A stretch of 64,000 nucleotides of DNA from Clostridia bacterium (GCA_017516745.1 JAFXBF010000007.1:46079-110078); one strand, 5' to 3'. Shown: positions 1 through 9,021, numbered from the stretch's first letter. The notes: generated by a model from the sequence alone, not told the origin. Made by a program: numbers and translations.

Positions 1-2
1 AG

Positions 3-836
3 GCACTTCTCAACACCTCCTACGACTGGGAAGGTGTCAGAGAGCCCTACATCCTTGCAACAGAAAACGACGTTCTCAACGGCATTTCAATGCTGTTTAT
101 GAAGCTGCTTACAAACAGAGCACAGATGTTTGCTGACGTTCGTACCTACTGGTCAACAGACGCTGTCAAGCGTGTAACAGATTACGACCTTGAAGGCCAC
201 GCAAAGGATGCAGACGGCTTTATTCACCTTATCAACTCCGGTGCTTGCTGTCTTGACGCTTGCGGCGAGGTTAAGGACGAAAACGGCAACGCAGTAATCA
301 AGCCCTGGTACGAAATGACTCAGGCTGATGCAGACGCTTGCAACAAGGCTACAGAGTGGTGCCCTGCAGACAACGGCTACTTCCGTGGCGCAGGCTACTC
401 CTCACGCTTCCTTACAAAGAGCGAAATGCCTGCAACAATGATCCGTCTTAACCTTGTAAAGGGTCTCGGCCCCGTAGTACAGATTGCAGAAGGCTGGACT
501 GTTGCACTTCCCGATGAGGTTTCCGACACAATCTGGAAGAGAACAGACTACACCTGGCCCTGCACATGGTTTGCTCCCCGTTGCAACGGCGAAGGTCCGT
601 TCAAGTCCGCATACGACCTTATGAACAACTGGGGCGCTAACCACGGCGCTATCTCCTACGGTCACATCGGCGCAGATATCATCACACTCTGCTCAATGCT
701 CCGTATCCCCGTAACACTTCACAACGTTCCTGACGAAAAGATTTTCCGTCCCGCTTGCTGGAATGCATTCGGCACAAAGAATCTTGAAGCAGCAGACGTA
801 AAGGCTTGCGAAGTTTACGGCCCGCTTTATAAGTAA
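3..836 (+). CDS. fucI: L-fucose isomerase, C-terminal part (5' end lies upstream of the window)
   Basis: Frame is open from the window edge. The C-terminal sequence ...[17 protein letters not shown]...[10 protein letters not shown] resembles the conserved FucI C-terminus. Confidence 0.88.
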   Translation, partial: ALLNTSYDWEGVREPYILATENDVLNGISMLFMKLLTNRAQMFADVRTYWSTDAVKRVTDYDLEGHAKDADGFIHLINSGACCLDACGEVKDENGNAVIKPWYEMTQADADACNKATEWCPADNGYFRGAGYSSRFLTKSEMPATMIRLNLVKGLGPVVQIAEGWTVALPDEVSDTIWKRTDYTWPCTWFAPRCNGEGPFKSAYDLMNNWGANHGAISYGHIGADIITLCSMLRIPVTLHNVPDEKIFRPACWNAFGTKNLEAADVKACEVYGPLYK

Positions 837-849
837 GATATAATATTAA

Positions 850-886
850 AAACCGCAGTCACCTTTCGGATGACTGCGGTTTTTTA
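850..886 (+). terminator. Intrinsic terminator after fucI
   Basis: 9-bp stem CCGCAGTCA (853-861) / TGACTGCGG (871-879) followed by a T-run at 880-885. Confidence 0.8.
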
Positions 887-916
887 AATGCAAAGTGCAA
901 AATGCAAAGTGTAAAA

Positions 917-955
917 TTGTGGGAGGGCTTCGCCCTCACCCATTAATTCATTCAA
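917..955. repeat. TGTGGG-hairpin-CACCC intergenic repeat with an ATTCATT tail
   Basis: TTGTGGGAGGGCTTCGCCCTCACCCATTAATTCATT. A related copy in reverse orientation sits at about 23340-23372 (TGTGGGCGGGACACGCGCACCCG next to AATGAATAAT). Confidence 0.45.
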
Positions 956-976
956 TATTCATTAAATAGTTTTGTG

Positions 977-1052
977 GTAGGGACAATTCACGAATTGTCC
1001 GTATTAATGTGCATATCGCTTTTACGGCGGACAATTCGTGAATCGACCCTAC
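977..1052. repeat. MITE/REP-like element made of two inverted 24-nt units
   Basis: GTAGGGACAATTCACGAATTGTCC (977-1000) and the inverted GGACAATTCGTGAATCGACCCTAC (1029-1052). The same architecture recurs at 15805-15882. Confidence 0.7.
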
Positions 1053-1060
1053 AATATCAT

Positions 1061-2431
1061 TTAACCGAACGTTTCCGCTACAACCGCAACCTGCTCTGCG
1101 GTAAGTTCCCACGAGGGGATAAATTCTACTATCTTGTTGCCGTAGCAGAGTAGATATCTGTTAATTGCCTGACCGTCAATACAGAGTATGTATGCTTCGT
1201 CTGCCGACCAGACCTTTGCAGATATTACACGGTGAGAAATTCTGTCCAACGATACCCCTGTTCTATCAAGGAAATTGTCAAACACAAAATACTGCTCAAA
1301 CCACTTGTTAACACAAAGACCTCTTACAAAAGGTATCTTTATATCAAACACCGTATAGGCAAGGGTATATTTTTCATCCGAAGTAAGGCTGCTTGCGCTT
1401 TGCTCTGCCCTGAATTGAGAGGCACTTTCCGATTTGTATTCTTCAACCAACGAATTAGTTACGTCAATTTCACTCTGTATAAAATCCGATATTTCAAGCG
1501 GTGCAGCTGCACGGAATTCCTCATCCGTCATAAAATTCTCAATATGATAATTACTCTGCCAGGGGATTTTTTCTGTAATAATTTGAGAAAAAACAAAAAC
1601 GCACGCCACTATAACCGATATTGTTACCAAATAGTTTATAGCTTTGGGAATATTAAATCTTTTCAAAAAAGTGACTATGCTTTTTCTAACCCAAAACAGA
1701 ACAATAACGTACGGTATTACAAGCAGTAAAACAAAAATATCTGACGAATTTTCCGATAAAAAAGATGAAGCTGAAAGAGTAATCAACATCGTTATCAGCA
1801 CAAACATTACCTTTATATTACTGTAATTTTTTGTTGATAAAAATGTGCCGTTCAGCTTTGCAAGCCTTTTTGCTCTCATATACCACACTATGTACTCAAC
1901 CGCTTCCGATAAGCAGAACAGAATTGAAACAAGCTCTATAACAATCAGCGTAATTGAACCGGTCAGCAATGATGTTACAGGGTCTTGGGCAATTCTACCC
2001 AAATATGTATATAATCTTAACCCCTGCGAGAAAATCAGAAGAACATAAGGCAAAAGCCATCTGCGCCACATAACGGAATGAACACTTTTAACCTCTACAA
2101 CCGCATCGGTTTCAAGGGGTACTGCGTTTTCATTCTCTGAATAATACACGAGTGTCTGTGCCCTTGAAGCGGCAAATTCCCAGCCTGTATATTCGCAGTA
2201 TTCTTGAAATCTCAACTGGCTTTCGGTAAGTCGTGGGTCATATTCCGATGCATTTTTAAAATAAACAACGCTGAATTTCAGTTTCTGCGGCTCAATACGC
2301 TTGAACGTCCAGAAAACATCACCCATTTTTACAAGCATCCATCCGTCTGCTGCCTTGCTTTCGAGGTATTTGCAGATGCCTATTTTATCATACAGGGCAA
2401 AGCGTGCCAAAAAATTTCTGTATTCATGCAT
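1061..2431 (-). CDS. DUF2812-like membrane protein (long paralog)
   Basis: 456-aa ORF with a DUF2812-like N-terminus (YDKIGICKYLESKAADGWMLVKMG..FKRIEPQKLKF) and several hydrophobic helices. It lies in an operon position downstream of a PadR regulator. Confidence 0.7.
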   Translation of the reverse strand: MHEYRNFLARFALYDKIGICKYLESKAADGWMLVKMGDVFWTFKRIEPQKLKFSVVYFKNASEYDPRLTESQLRFQEYCEYTGWEFAASRAQTLVYYSENENAVPLETDAVVEVKSVHSVMWRRWLLPYVLLIFSQGLRLYTYLGRIAQDPVTSLLTGSITLIVIELVSILFCLSEAVEYIVWYMRAKRLAKLNGTFLSTKNYSNIKVMFVLITMLITLSASSFLSENSSDIFVLLLVIPYVIVLFWVRKSIVTFLKRFNIPKAINYLVTISVIVACVFVFSQIITEKIPWQSNYHIENFMTDEEFRAAAPLEISDFIQSEIDVTNSLVEEYKSESASQFRAEQSASSLTSDEKYTLAYTVFDIKIPFVRGLCVNKWFEQYFVFDNFLDRTGVSLDRISHRVISAKVWSADEAYILCIDGQAINRYLLCYGNKIVEFIPSWELTAEQVAVVAETFG

Positions 2432-2450
2432 TAATAAAATCTCCTTTTTA

Positions 2451-3314
2451 TCAGAGCATATCTTTAATAAAATTAACGGTTACTATTACGGCAATATAAA
2501 TCAAAACAGAAGCAAATTTTATAATAAAATTTTTCCAACCGCTGTTATACCGTTTTTTTAGCTTTTCAATAAAATGAAGAATCACCCAATACACCGAAAG
2601 CAATGCAATATAAACAAGCGTTGACCAAGCGTTATTTATAAACGATTTTATGATAACAATTGCAACCGCTGCAACAAATACCGCAATTACAACAGCAACA
2701 ATAAATTTATCTATCGTATTACTTTTGGTGAATTCTCCTGTTGCAGCGGCAGCAAGCGCTTTTTTACGCCAGCGAAGGTAAGACACAAACTCAGCAACTG
2801 TATCCAACGGAATTAAAAGCAAAATAGCTAAAACCAAAGCTGAAAGATTTGCTGAAATATCGGAAAATAATAAAGCATAAACCACTGCAACAGATGTAAC
2901 TAAAGCGATTATGCTTTTGGGCAGACAGAGCTTTAACATCGACTTATGTATTGCGGCAAGCTCTACCTCCGGGTCGGTTTCAAACGGCACGGGATTTTCC
3001 TCTTCGTTATAAAAAACAACCATATTTTTATATACGCAGGCAAACTGCCAGCCCTGCTCGGCGCAAAATTCGAGGTATTCTTTTTTGTTTTTGGAAAGCA
3101 GGAAGCTGTCCTCGTTTGAAAACTGCGGAAGATAAGTTATTGCGTAATGCAGCTTTTTCGGCTCAATACGCTTGAACACCCACTTTGAAAACATTTCTTT
3201 TTTGCAAAGCTGCCAGCCTTCAAGTGCTTTTTGTTCAAAGTATTCCTGCATAGCCGTACGGTCATAATAAGCAAAAGCCTCGGTAAAGGTTTCGTAATAC
3301 ATTGATTCTTTCAC
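2451..3314 (-). CDS. DUF2812-like membrane protein (short paralog)
   Basis: 287-aa ORF with the same N-terminal motif (MQEYFEQKALEGWQLCKKEM..FKRIEPKKLHY) and C-terminal TM helices. Confidence 0.7.
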   Translation of the reverse strand: MKESMYYETFTEAFAYYDRTAMQEYFEQKALEGWQLCKKEMFSKWVFKRIEPKKLHYAITYLPQFSNEDSFLLSKNKKEYLEFCAEQGWQFACVYKNMVVFYNEEENPVPFETDPEVELAAIHKSMLKLCLPKSIIALVTSVAVVYALLFSDISANLSALVLAILLLIPLDTVAEFVSYLRWRKKALAAAATGEFTKSNTIDKFIVAVVIAVFVAAVAIVIIKSFINNAWSTLVYIALLSVYWVILHFIEKLKKRYNSGWKNFIIKFASVLIYIAVIVTVNFIKDML

Positions 3315-3356
3315 AGCTTAACCCCTCCTTAAGCACAAAAGGTATTTGCACCCGTT

Positions 3357-3725
3357 TTATAATGCCGGGCAAAGAGTACCGAGAGCAGACGGCTTTTCCT
3401 CATAAACTCTCTCCTCACCTGCAAACAGCCTTCTGTAATCCTCTGCTTGGGTGCACAGGCGTTGGTATTCCGCTGCGAGCACTTCCCTGCCCTTTTCGGT
3501 TAAGACATAGCTTCGCCGTCTGCCCTCTGCCTTGGTTTCCTTTATCATATCGGCAGACAAAAACTGCTCCAGCAGATTATAAAGCGTGCCAGAGCCGACC
3601 TTAACCCTGTCGTCGGTCATTGCGGAAACCTTGTCCATAATGTCAATTCCGCAGCATTCCTCTTTCAGGCAGAGGAGAATATAAAACATCTGCTCGGTAA
3701 GAGTCTGAAATTTTAAGCGTGGCAT
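3357..3725 (-). CDS. PadR-family transcriptional regulator
   Basis: 122 aa with a winged-helix signature (FYILLCL..GIDIMDKV....GSGTLYNLLEQF...R.YVLTEKGREVL). Confidence 0.85.
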   Translation of the reverse strand: MPRLKFQTLTEQMFYILLCLKEECCGIDIMDKVSAMTDDRVKVGSGTLYNLLEQFLSADMIKETKAEGRRRSYVLTEKGREVLAAEYQRLCTQAEDYRRLFAGEERVYEEKPSALGTLCPAL

Positions 3726-3740
3726 ATGTGTTTACCTCCT

Positions 3741-3796
3741 TAATATCGAATATCGATATTACCTTCAGCCTCATTATAATATCGAATATCGACATT
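3741..3796. promoter_or_regulatory. Two direct copies of a 20-nt operator-like motif upstream of padR
   Basis: TAATATCGAATATCGATATT (3741-3760) and TAATATCGAATATCGACATT (3777-3796) match at 19 of 20 positions. Each contains the tandem heptamer ATATCGA ATATCGA. Confidence 0.4.
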
Positions 3797-3810
3797 GTCA
3801 AGAGAAACTT

Positions 3811-3856
3811 TAAAAATAAAAAACCGATGAAAACCCGTTAAGGATAATCATCGGTT
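3811..3856 (-). terminator. Intrinsic terminator of gdhA (minus strand)
   Basis: 9-bp stem AACCGATGA (3822-3830) / TCATCGGTT (3848-3856). On the minus strand it is followed by TTTTATTTTTA. Confidence 0.7.
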
Positions 3857-3865
3857 GAATTCAAA

Positions 3866-3932
3866 CCGTAGGGGAGGCGTTTCGCCTCCCGTAGTGGTTT
3901 ATTATATCGGGAGGGGTGACCCCTCCCCTACA
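3866..3932. repeat. Pair of GC-rich REP-like hairpins
   Basis: CCGTAGGGGAGGCGTTTCGCCTCCCGTAG and CGGGAGGGGTGACCCCTCCCCTACA. Confidence 0.6.
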
Positions 3933-3943
3933 CATAATTTAGT

Positions 3944-5287
3944 TTAGATAAGACCCTGTGCCATCATAGCGTCGGCTACCTTCTGGAAGCCTGCGATGTT
4001 TGCACCTGCAACGAGGTCGTAGCCGAAGCCGTTAGCTTCTGATGCTGCTGCGGAGCTGTCGTGGATGTTCTTCATAATCTGCTTGAGCTTTGCGTCAACC
4101 TCTTCTGCTGTCCAGCTGTAGCGCATTGAGTTCTGGCTCATTTCAAGTGCGGAAGTTGCAACGCCGCCTGCGTTAACAGCCTTGGAGGGAGCAACTGCCT
4201 TGCAGTTTTCCTTGAGGTATTCGAGAGCATCGTTTGTGGTGGGCATATTTGCAACCTCTACATAGTAGGGAACGCCGTTTGCAACGATTTTCTCAGCCTC
4301 TGCCATATTAATTTCGTTCTGTGTTGCGCAGGGCATTGCGATATCAACCTTAACGCCCCAGGGCTTCTCGCCTGCGTGGAACTCTACGCCGAACTTGTCT
4401 GCATAGTCCTGAACCTTATCACGGCCGGAAGCACGCATTTCGAGCAGATATTCAATCTTTTCGTCTGTGCTTACACCGTCGGGGTCGTAAACATAGCCGT
4501 CGGGGCCGGAAATTGTAACAACCTTACCGCCGAGCTCGGCAATCTTCTTTGCTGCGCCCCAGGCAACGTTACCAAAGCCGGAGAGAGCAACGGTCTTGCC
4601 CTTGATATCCTCGCCAAAGTGCTTGAGCATTTCAACTGCGTAATATGTTGCACCGTAGCCTGTAGCCTCGGGACGGATGAGAGAGCCACCGAAGGAGAGA
4701 CCCTTACCTGTGAGAACGCCGTTTTCAAATGCGCCCTTGATGCGTCTGTACTGGCCGTAGAGGTATGCAACCTCTCTGCCGCCGACACCGATATCACCTG
4801 CAGGAACGTCAACATCGGGGCCGATATGTCTGTAAAGCTCGGTCATAAACGCCTGGCAGAAACGCATAATTTCTGCGTCACTCTTGCCTCTGGGGTCGAA
4901 ATCGGAGCCGCCCTTTGCGCCGCCGATGGGAAGACCAGTAAGGCTGTTCTTGAAGGTCTGCTCAAAGCCGAGAAACTTCATAATGCCGATATATACGGAG
5001 GGGTGGAAGCGAAGGCCGCCCTTGAAGGGACCGATTGCGCCGTTGAACTGTACTCTGTAGCCTGTGTTAACGTGAACGTTGCCGTTATCGTCTGTCCAGG
5101 TTACACGGAAGATAATCTGTCTTTCAGGCTCAACAATTCTTTCAAGAAGTGCTGCCTTTTCGTACTCGGGGTGTTTATCGATAACGGGCTTGAGGGAGGA
5201 AAGAACCTCTGTTACTGTCTGAACAAACTCAGGCTCTGTTGCGTGCTTTTTAGCAACCTCTTCGATTACTCTGTCAACATAATTCAT
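3944..5287 (-). CDS. gdhA: NADP-specific glutamate dehydrogenase
   Basis: 447 aa with GDH motifs (GGLRFHPSV, GGAKGGSDFDP, GFGNVAWG). I chose the start at ATG 5287, which has GGAG 8 nt upstream. The longer ORF extending to 5371 overlaps the predicted promoter. Confidence 0.95.
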   Translation of the reverse strand: MNYVDRVIEEVAKKHATEPEFVQTVTEVLSSLKPVIDKHPEYEKAALLERIVEPERQIIFRVTWTDDNGNVHVNTGYRVQFNGAIGPFKGGLRFHPSVYIGIMKFLGFEQTFKNSLTGLPIGGAKGGSDFDPRGKSDAEIMRFCQAFMTELYRHIGPDVDVPAGDIGVGGREVAYLYGQYRRIKGAFENGVLTGKGLSFGGSLIRPEATGYGATYYAVEMLKHFGEDIKGKTVALSGFGNVAWGAAKKIAELGGKVVTISGPDGYVYDPDGVSTDEKIEYLLEMRASGRDKVQDYADKFGVEFHAGEKPWGVKVDIAMPCATQNEINMAEAEKIVANGVPYYVEVANMPTTNDALEYLKENCKAVAPSKAVNAGGVATSALEMSQNSMRYSWTAEEVDAKLKQIMKNIHDSSAAASEANGFGYDLVAGANIAGFQKVADAMMAQGLI

Positions 5288-5330
5288 AAAACAAAACTCC
5301 AATCTTATATACGCTTTAGCAATGTAAATC

Positions 5331-5359
5331 ATTATATGCCTATATGAATAAAAATGCAA
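5331..5359 (-). promoter_or_regulatory. Sigma-A type promoter of gdhA
   Basis: On the minus strand: TTGCAT (5359-5354), a 17-nt spacer, then TATAAT (5336-5331). Confidence 0.6.
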
Positions 5360-5550
5360 GATTCTTTTCATAAAATTTCATTTTTTGTCATTTTAACGGT
5401 CATTTTCACCATATAAATGCAGGAAATGTGCATTTTGTGCAAGAAGAACAACAAACCGCTGAATAATTTTGCAATTTTTCTTGCAAATATTGAGTGTAAT
5501 TCAAATGTTTATTTTCACTTTTTGCCCAGTTTATGCTATACCCCTTTACC

Positions 5551-5579
5551 TTGACACATAATATTATAAATGATATAAT
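5551..5579 (+). promoter_or_regulatory. Consensus sigma-A promoter of the mgtC-like gene
   Basis: TTGACA (5551-5556), a 17-nt spacer, then TATAAT (5574-5579), about 50 nt before ATG 5630. Confidence 0.65.
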
Positions 5580-5629
5580 AATTTATTATTACAGTATAAT
5601 ATATTTTTATAGAAAAGGAGTATTGCGCA

Positions 5630-6334
5630 ATGAATTTACAAGAGTTGTTTGAAGCAACCTTTGGCCAATGGGAACTGCTTGTGCGCCTTCTGGTCGCTTG
5701 CTTGTGCGGCTGTGTAATCGGCCTCGAACGAAGCTTCAGACAAAAGGAAGCAGGAATAAGAACACACATCATTCTCGCACTCGGTGCGGCGCTGATGATG
5801 GTTGTTTCAAAATACGGTTTCAACGACATAGGGCTGATGGATATGAACAGCCTTCGTGCCGATGCTTCGAGAATTGCCTCGAACATCGTTACGGGTATAT
5901 CCTTCCTCGGTGCAGGCGTTATCTTCGTGCGTGGCGGCTCAATCAAGGGTCTTACCACGGCGGCAGGTATCTGGGCAACGGCAGGTATCGGTATGGCAAT
6001 CGGCGCAGGTATGTACACGATAGGTGTTGCCTGCACGGTGCTGATGATACTCATTCAGCTTATTCTTCACAAGGTTATGCCCTTCTCGGAAAATATGGAA
6101 ACCAACATTATTTCCATTAAAATCAACGAGGGCTCACAGGCACTTGACGATATTACAAGCCAGCTCACTCAGGCAGGTATGGTTGTAACGGGCATACGCT
6201 TCAAGAAACAGGACAACGGAATTACCAAAGCCGAGCTTACGGTACGTTTCCCCAAGAACAAAGAATCCATGAAGGCTGTGCTTGATTTTATCAGCAACAA
6301 CGATGCCGTTCAGGAATTCACTTTAGAGACCTAA
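5630..6334 (+). CDS. MgtC/SapB-family membrane protein
   Basis: 234 aa. The N-terminal half (LLVACLCGCVIGLERSFRQKEAGIRTHIILALGAALMMVVSKYGF) is typical MgtC, followed by a soluble ACT-like C-terminal domain. Confidence 0.85.
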   Translation: MNLQELFEATFGQWELLVRLLVACLCGCVIGLERSFRQKEAGIRTHIILALGAALMMVVSKYGFNDIGLMDMNSLRADASRIASNIVTGISFLGAGVIFVRGGSIKGLTTAAGIWATAGIGMAIGAGMYTIGVACTVLMILIQLILHKVMPFSENMETNIISIKINEGSQALDDITSQLTQAGMVVTGIRFKKQDNGITKAELTVRFPKNKESMKAVLDFISNNDAVQEFTLET

Positions 6335-6341
6335 AATATAT

Positions 6342-6380
6342 GCACCTGTTAAGTTTTAAACTAACAGGTGCGTTTTTTTT
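6342..6380 (+). terminator. Terminator between convergent genes (probably bidirectional)
   Basis: 10-bp stem GCACCTGTTA / TAACAGGTGC followed by a T-run (GTTTTTTTT, 6372-6380), with A/T-rich sequence on the 5' side. Confidence 0.8.
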
Positions 6381-6389
6381 ACCTTTATT

Positions 6390-6890
6390 TTATTCTGCCG
6401 TATATACCTTGACAATTTCGCCGACATAGATGCGGTGGTAATCGCCGTTGTAATTATTTTCAATACTCTCATCGAGGAAGCCTTCGGGATTCATATCCTG
6501 AAAGGCTATTTTTTTGCAGACAAGGTTGACTTTTGCCTGCTCAATTGCGGCTGTACCGTCAAAATCGGCTACGGTAAAGCCTGTTTCGGCAAACTTATCG
6601 ACATTTCTGCCACTGTTCCTGCCGCAGAAGCCGAGCTCCTTTTTGTATTCACCGCCGAAAAAGCTCATTGAAAAGGTATCGCTCTTTTCAAGCAGCTCAT
6701 AGGTATATCTCTGCGGACGGATGAAGATAAAAACAACGTCCTTACCCCAGAGCTCACCCATACCGCCCCAGCTGACGGTCATAGTGTTTGTGACACCGTC
6801 TGCCGATGCTGTTACAAGTGCCCAGTCATCGCTTATGAGCTTGACTGCGCTTTCCTTTATATCACGGATATTTATTTCTTTGAATGACAT
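6390..6890 (-). CDS. Flavin reductase-like (FMN-binding split barrel) protein
   Basis: 166 aa with a ...WALVTA....NTMTVSWGGMG...FIRPQRYT... pattern typical of the flavin reductase domain family. Confidence 0.7.
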   Translation of the reverse strand: MSFKEINIRDIKESAVKLISDDWALVTASADGVTNTMTVSWGGMGELWGKDVVFIFIRPQRYTYELLEKSDTFSMSFFGGEYKKELGFCGRNSGRNVDKFAETGFTVADFDGTAAIEQAKVNLVCKKIAFQDMNPEGFLDESIENNYNGDYHRIYVGEIVKVYTAE

Positions 6891-6891
6891 T

Positions 6892-7452
6892 TTAAAACCC
6901 TCCTACAATACTATTATAACAGGCTACGCTGTCGGGGTGAATGGGGCTGTGCTTTTTTAGAAGCTCGTTGATACTGTAGCTTTGCGTGTATTCCATTGTT
7001 TCCTCAAGGCTTTTTTGCGCCAATTCACGCACGGTATCAACGTCATCATAAACTCTGTCCGCCGAAATAAAGTCGGCAATATAAATGATTTTTTCGAGCA
7101 GGGTCATACCTGCTCTTGCCGTTGTGTGGTAACGCACGGAAGAGAGTATTTCCTCATCATCTATATTAAGTTTCAGCTTCATATATGCCGCACCGCTCAT
7201 GGCGTGCCAAAGCTTCGGGTTGCGGCGCTCAAGCTCAGACAAAATCATTCCGCTTTCCTCAAAAAGAGCAAAATGCTCTTCTTTTTCAGCCTCTTTTGTA
7301 ATATCGTGAAGCAGACCTGCAACAAGCGCCTTTGCAGGGTCTGCACCGTATTTTTGCGCTAATTCAACTGCACTCTGCGCAACACACAGCGAATGGTTAT
7401 AGCGGTAATCCGACAGGCGGCTTTTAAGCAGTGCCTTGTATTCTTCAATCAT
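6892..7452 (-). CDS. yqeK: HD-domain bis(5'-nucleosyl)-tetraphosphatase YqeK
   Basis: 186 aa with an HD motif (GLLHDITKE). It follows nadD, matching the conserved nadD-yqeK order. Confidence 0.85.
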   Translation of the reverse strand: MIEEYKALLKSRLSDYRYNHSLCVAQSAVELAQKYGADPAKALVAGLLHDITKEAEKEEHFALFEESGMILSELERRNPKLWHAMSGAAYMKLKLNIDDEEILSSVRYHTTARAGMTLLEKIIYIADFISADRVYDDVDTVRELAQKSLEETMEYTQSYSINELLKKHSPIHPDSVACYNSIVGGF

Positions 7453-8027
7453 CTGTAAAGCCCCTTTTCGTCAATATAAAATCTTACCGCTTCATCAAGC
7501 AAGCCTTGTGTGCTTTCCCCTTTTGAAATACATTCTCTTATATGAGTTGAGCTGAGTTCAAAGGGGGGGAGCTTGGTAATAATAACACGCTTGGTCTTAA
7601 GGAATTCGGGCAACTCGAGGTCTACGCCGTCGTCCTCTCTGTCGGCAGCACAAAGCGTAATCATTTCAAGAATTTCCTCGCTTTTGTACCACCTGTTGAA
7701 GCTCAGCAGCATATCCGACCCGACGATGAAAAACAGCTCGTCACCGGGGTACTGCTCTTTGATTTCGCAAAGGGTATCGTAGGTATAGCTTTTGCCGCCT
7801 CTGTTCATTTCAATTGTGCTGATTACCGCATCGGGGAAGGCAAGCATACACATATTTATTCTGTCCTCACCGCTTGCAAGGTTATCCGCACTTTTGTGTG
7901 GCGGCTGATAAGTGGGTATAACAAGAAGCCTGTCGAGCTTCAGTTCTTTGACAAAATGCTCGGCAAGCCTTGTGTGGCCTATATGCGGCGGATTGAATGT
8001 TCCGCCGAAAATACCAATTCTGCTCAT
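7449..8027 (-). CDS. nadD: Nicotinate-nucleotide adenylyltransferase
   Basis: N-terminal GIFGGTFNPPHIGH nucleotidyltransferase motif in a 192-aa ORF. Confidence 0.92.
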   Translation of the reverse strand: MSRIGIFGGTFNPPHIGHTRLAEHFVKELKLDRLLVIPTYQPPHKSADNLASGEDRINMCMLAFPDAVISTIEMNRGGKSYTYDTLCEIKEQYPGDELFFIVGSDMLLSFNRWYKSEEILEMITLCAADREDDGVDLELPEFLKTKRVIITKLPPFELSSTHIRECISKGESTQGLLDEAVRFYIDEKGLYR

Positions 8028-8410
8028 TGTTCTTTCTTAGCGTACTTCTTACGTACAAAGTGTACCTTGTAGCCCTGCTTCTTGGCTTCCTTCTTGGTTG
8101 CGGGTCGCTTTTTCGGCTCACCCTTTGCCTTTTCGCCGTGAAGCTCGGGGCTGTAGCGGTAAAGCACAATTACACCGCCGATAACCTGAACAACATCCGC
8201 ACCCGTTGCCGCAGCCAATTCGTCAGCCGCCTGACGGGGTGTGATGGGTGTGGACTCAAGGAGCACCTTGAGCTTGATAAGCTCTCTTGCACGCAGGGCA
8301 TCATCCGTCTGCTTAATCAGCGCATCGGACATACCGCCCTTACCGAGCTGAAAAAGCGGCTCAAGTGTATTTGCCTGCGAACGAAGCGCAGCTCTTTCCT
8401 TACTTGTCAA
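8024..8410 (-). CDS. yhbY: YhbY/CRS1-type ribosome-assembly RNA-binding protein with a Lys-rich C-terminal tail
   Basis: LRSQANTLEPLFQLGKGGMSDALIKQ..AL.ARELIKLKVL is the YhbY signature. About 35 extra basic residues follow at the C-terminus. Confidence 0.85.
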   Translation of the reverse strand: MTSKERAALRSQANTLEPLFQLGKGGMSDALIKQTDDALRARELIKLKVLLESTPITPRQAADELAAATGADVVQVIGGVIVLYRYSPELHGEKAKGEPKKRPATKKEAKKQGYKVHFVRKKYAKKEQ

Positions 8411-8427
8411 AACAAATCAATCCTTAG

Positions 8428-9021
8428 TTATTTTACAGTTTCTTTAGCTAAAGCCTCAGCAAGCGCTTTGAGCGCATTGCCTCTGTGGCTTATTTTGTCT
8501 TTTTCCTGAGAGGTAAGCTCGGCAAAGCTCTTATCCCCTACCATAAAAATGGGGTCATAGCCGAAGCCACCCTCGCCTTTGGGCTCGTAGCCGATTTTGC
8601 CCTCACACTTACCTGTAACGACGATTTCCTTGCCGTCGGGATATGTGCAGCAGACGGTACAGACAAAGCGTGCCGTGCGCTCTTCATCGGGCACACAGAT
8701 GAGCTTTTCGAGCAGAAGCGCATTGTTTTTCGGGTCGTTGCCGTGCTCGCCTGCATAGCGTGCCGAATAAACACCGGGCTCACCGTTAAGGGCATCCACC
8801 ATAAGGCCCGAATCGTCTGCAATGCAGGGCATACCGCTCTCTTTGCAACCGCTCTGACTTTTGAGACGGGCATTTTCCTCAAAGGTTTCGCCCGTTTCCT
8901 CAACGTCGGTAAGCTCTACGCCTGCCTGCTCGGCAGTTAAAACGCTGACACCGAGCGGCTCTAAAATTCGGGCAAGCTCGTTGCGTTTTTTCATATTGTG
9001 GGTTGCTATGATATATTCCAT
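8428..9021 (-). CDS. rdgB: XTP/dITP diphosphatase (RdgB/HAM1 family)
   Basis: 197 aa with motifs ATHNMKKRNE, DDSGL.VDALNG.PG.YSAR and FGYDPIF. Confidence 0.92.
   Translation of the reverse strand: MEYIIATHNMKKRNELARILEPLGVSVLTAEQAGVELTDVEETGETFEENARLKSQSGCKESGMPCIADDSGLMVDALNGEPGVYSARYAGEHGNDPKNNALLLEKLICVPDEERTARFVCTVCCTYPDGKEIVVTGKCEGKIGYEPKGEGGFGYDPIFMVGDKSFAELTSQEKDKISHRGNALKALAEALAKETVK

Noticed and set aside
900-1060. I considered the repeat-rich spacers at 900-1060, 15730-15915 and 36500-36760 as possible CRISPR arrays.
   Set aside because: The repeats are palindromic units in mixed orientation with irregular spacing and only two or three copies each. No cas genes are present.
4376-5347. 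323-aa plus-strand ORF inside gdhA. Similar long antisense or alternate-frame ORFs occur elsewhere, for example 5536-6054, 8485-8940, 10338-10853, 15961-16491, 18771-19541, 35393-35938 and 42527-42982.
   Set aside because: They overlap well-supported genes on the other strand or frame. They have Ala/Ser/Arg/Cys-rich shadow composition, no SD and no recognisable motifs.
5288-5371. N-terminal extension of gdhA (the ORF track starts at 5371).
   Set aside because: The extension would begin upstream of the predicted -10 box (5331-5336). It encodes non-GDH sequence, and ATG 5287 has a proper SD and gives the normal protein length.
5372-5629. I looked for an M-box (Mg2+) riboswitch upstream of the mgtC-like gene.
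   Set aside because: The consensus promoter leaves only about 50 nt of 5' UTR, and no extended structured leader is present.
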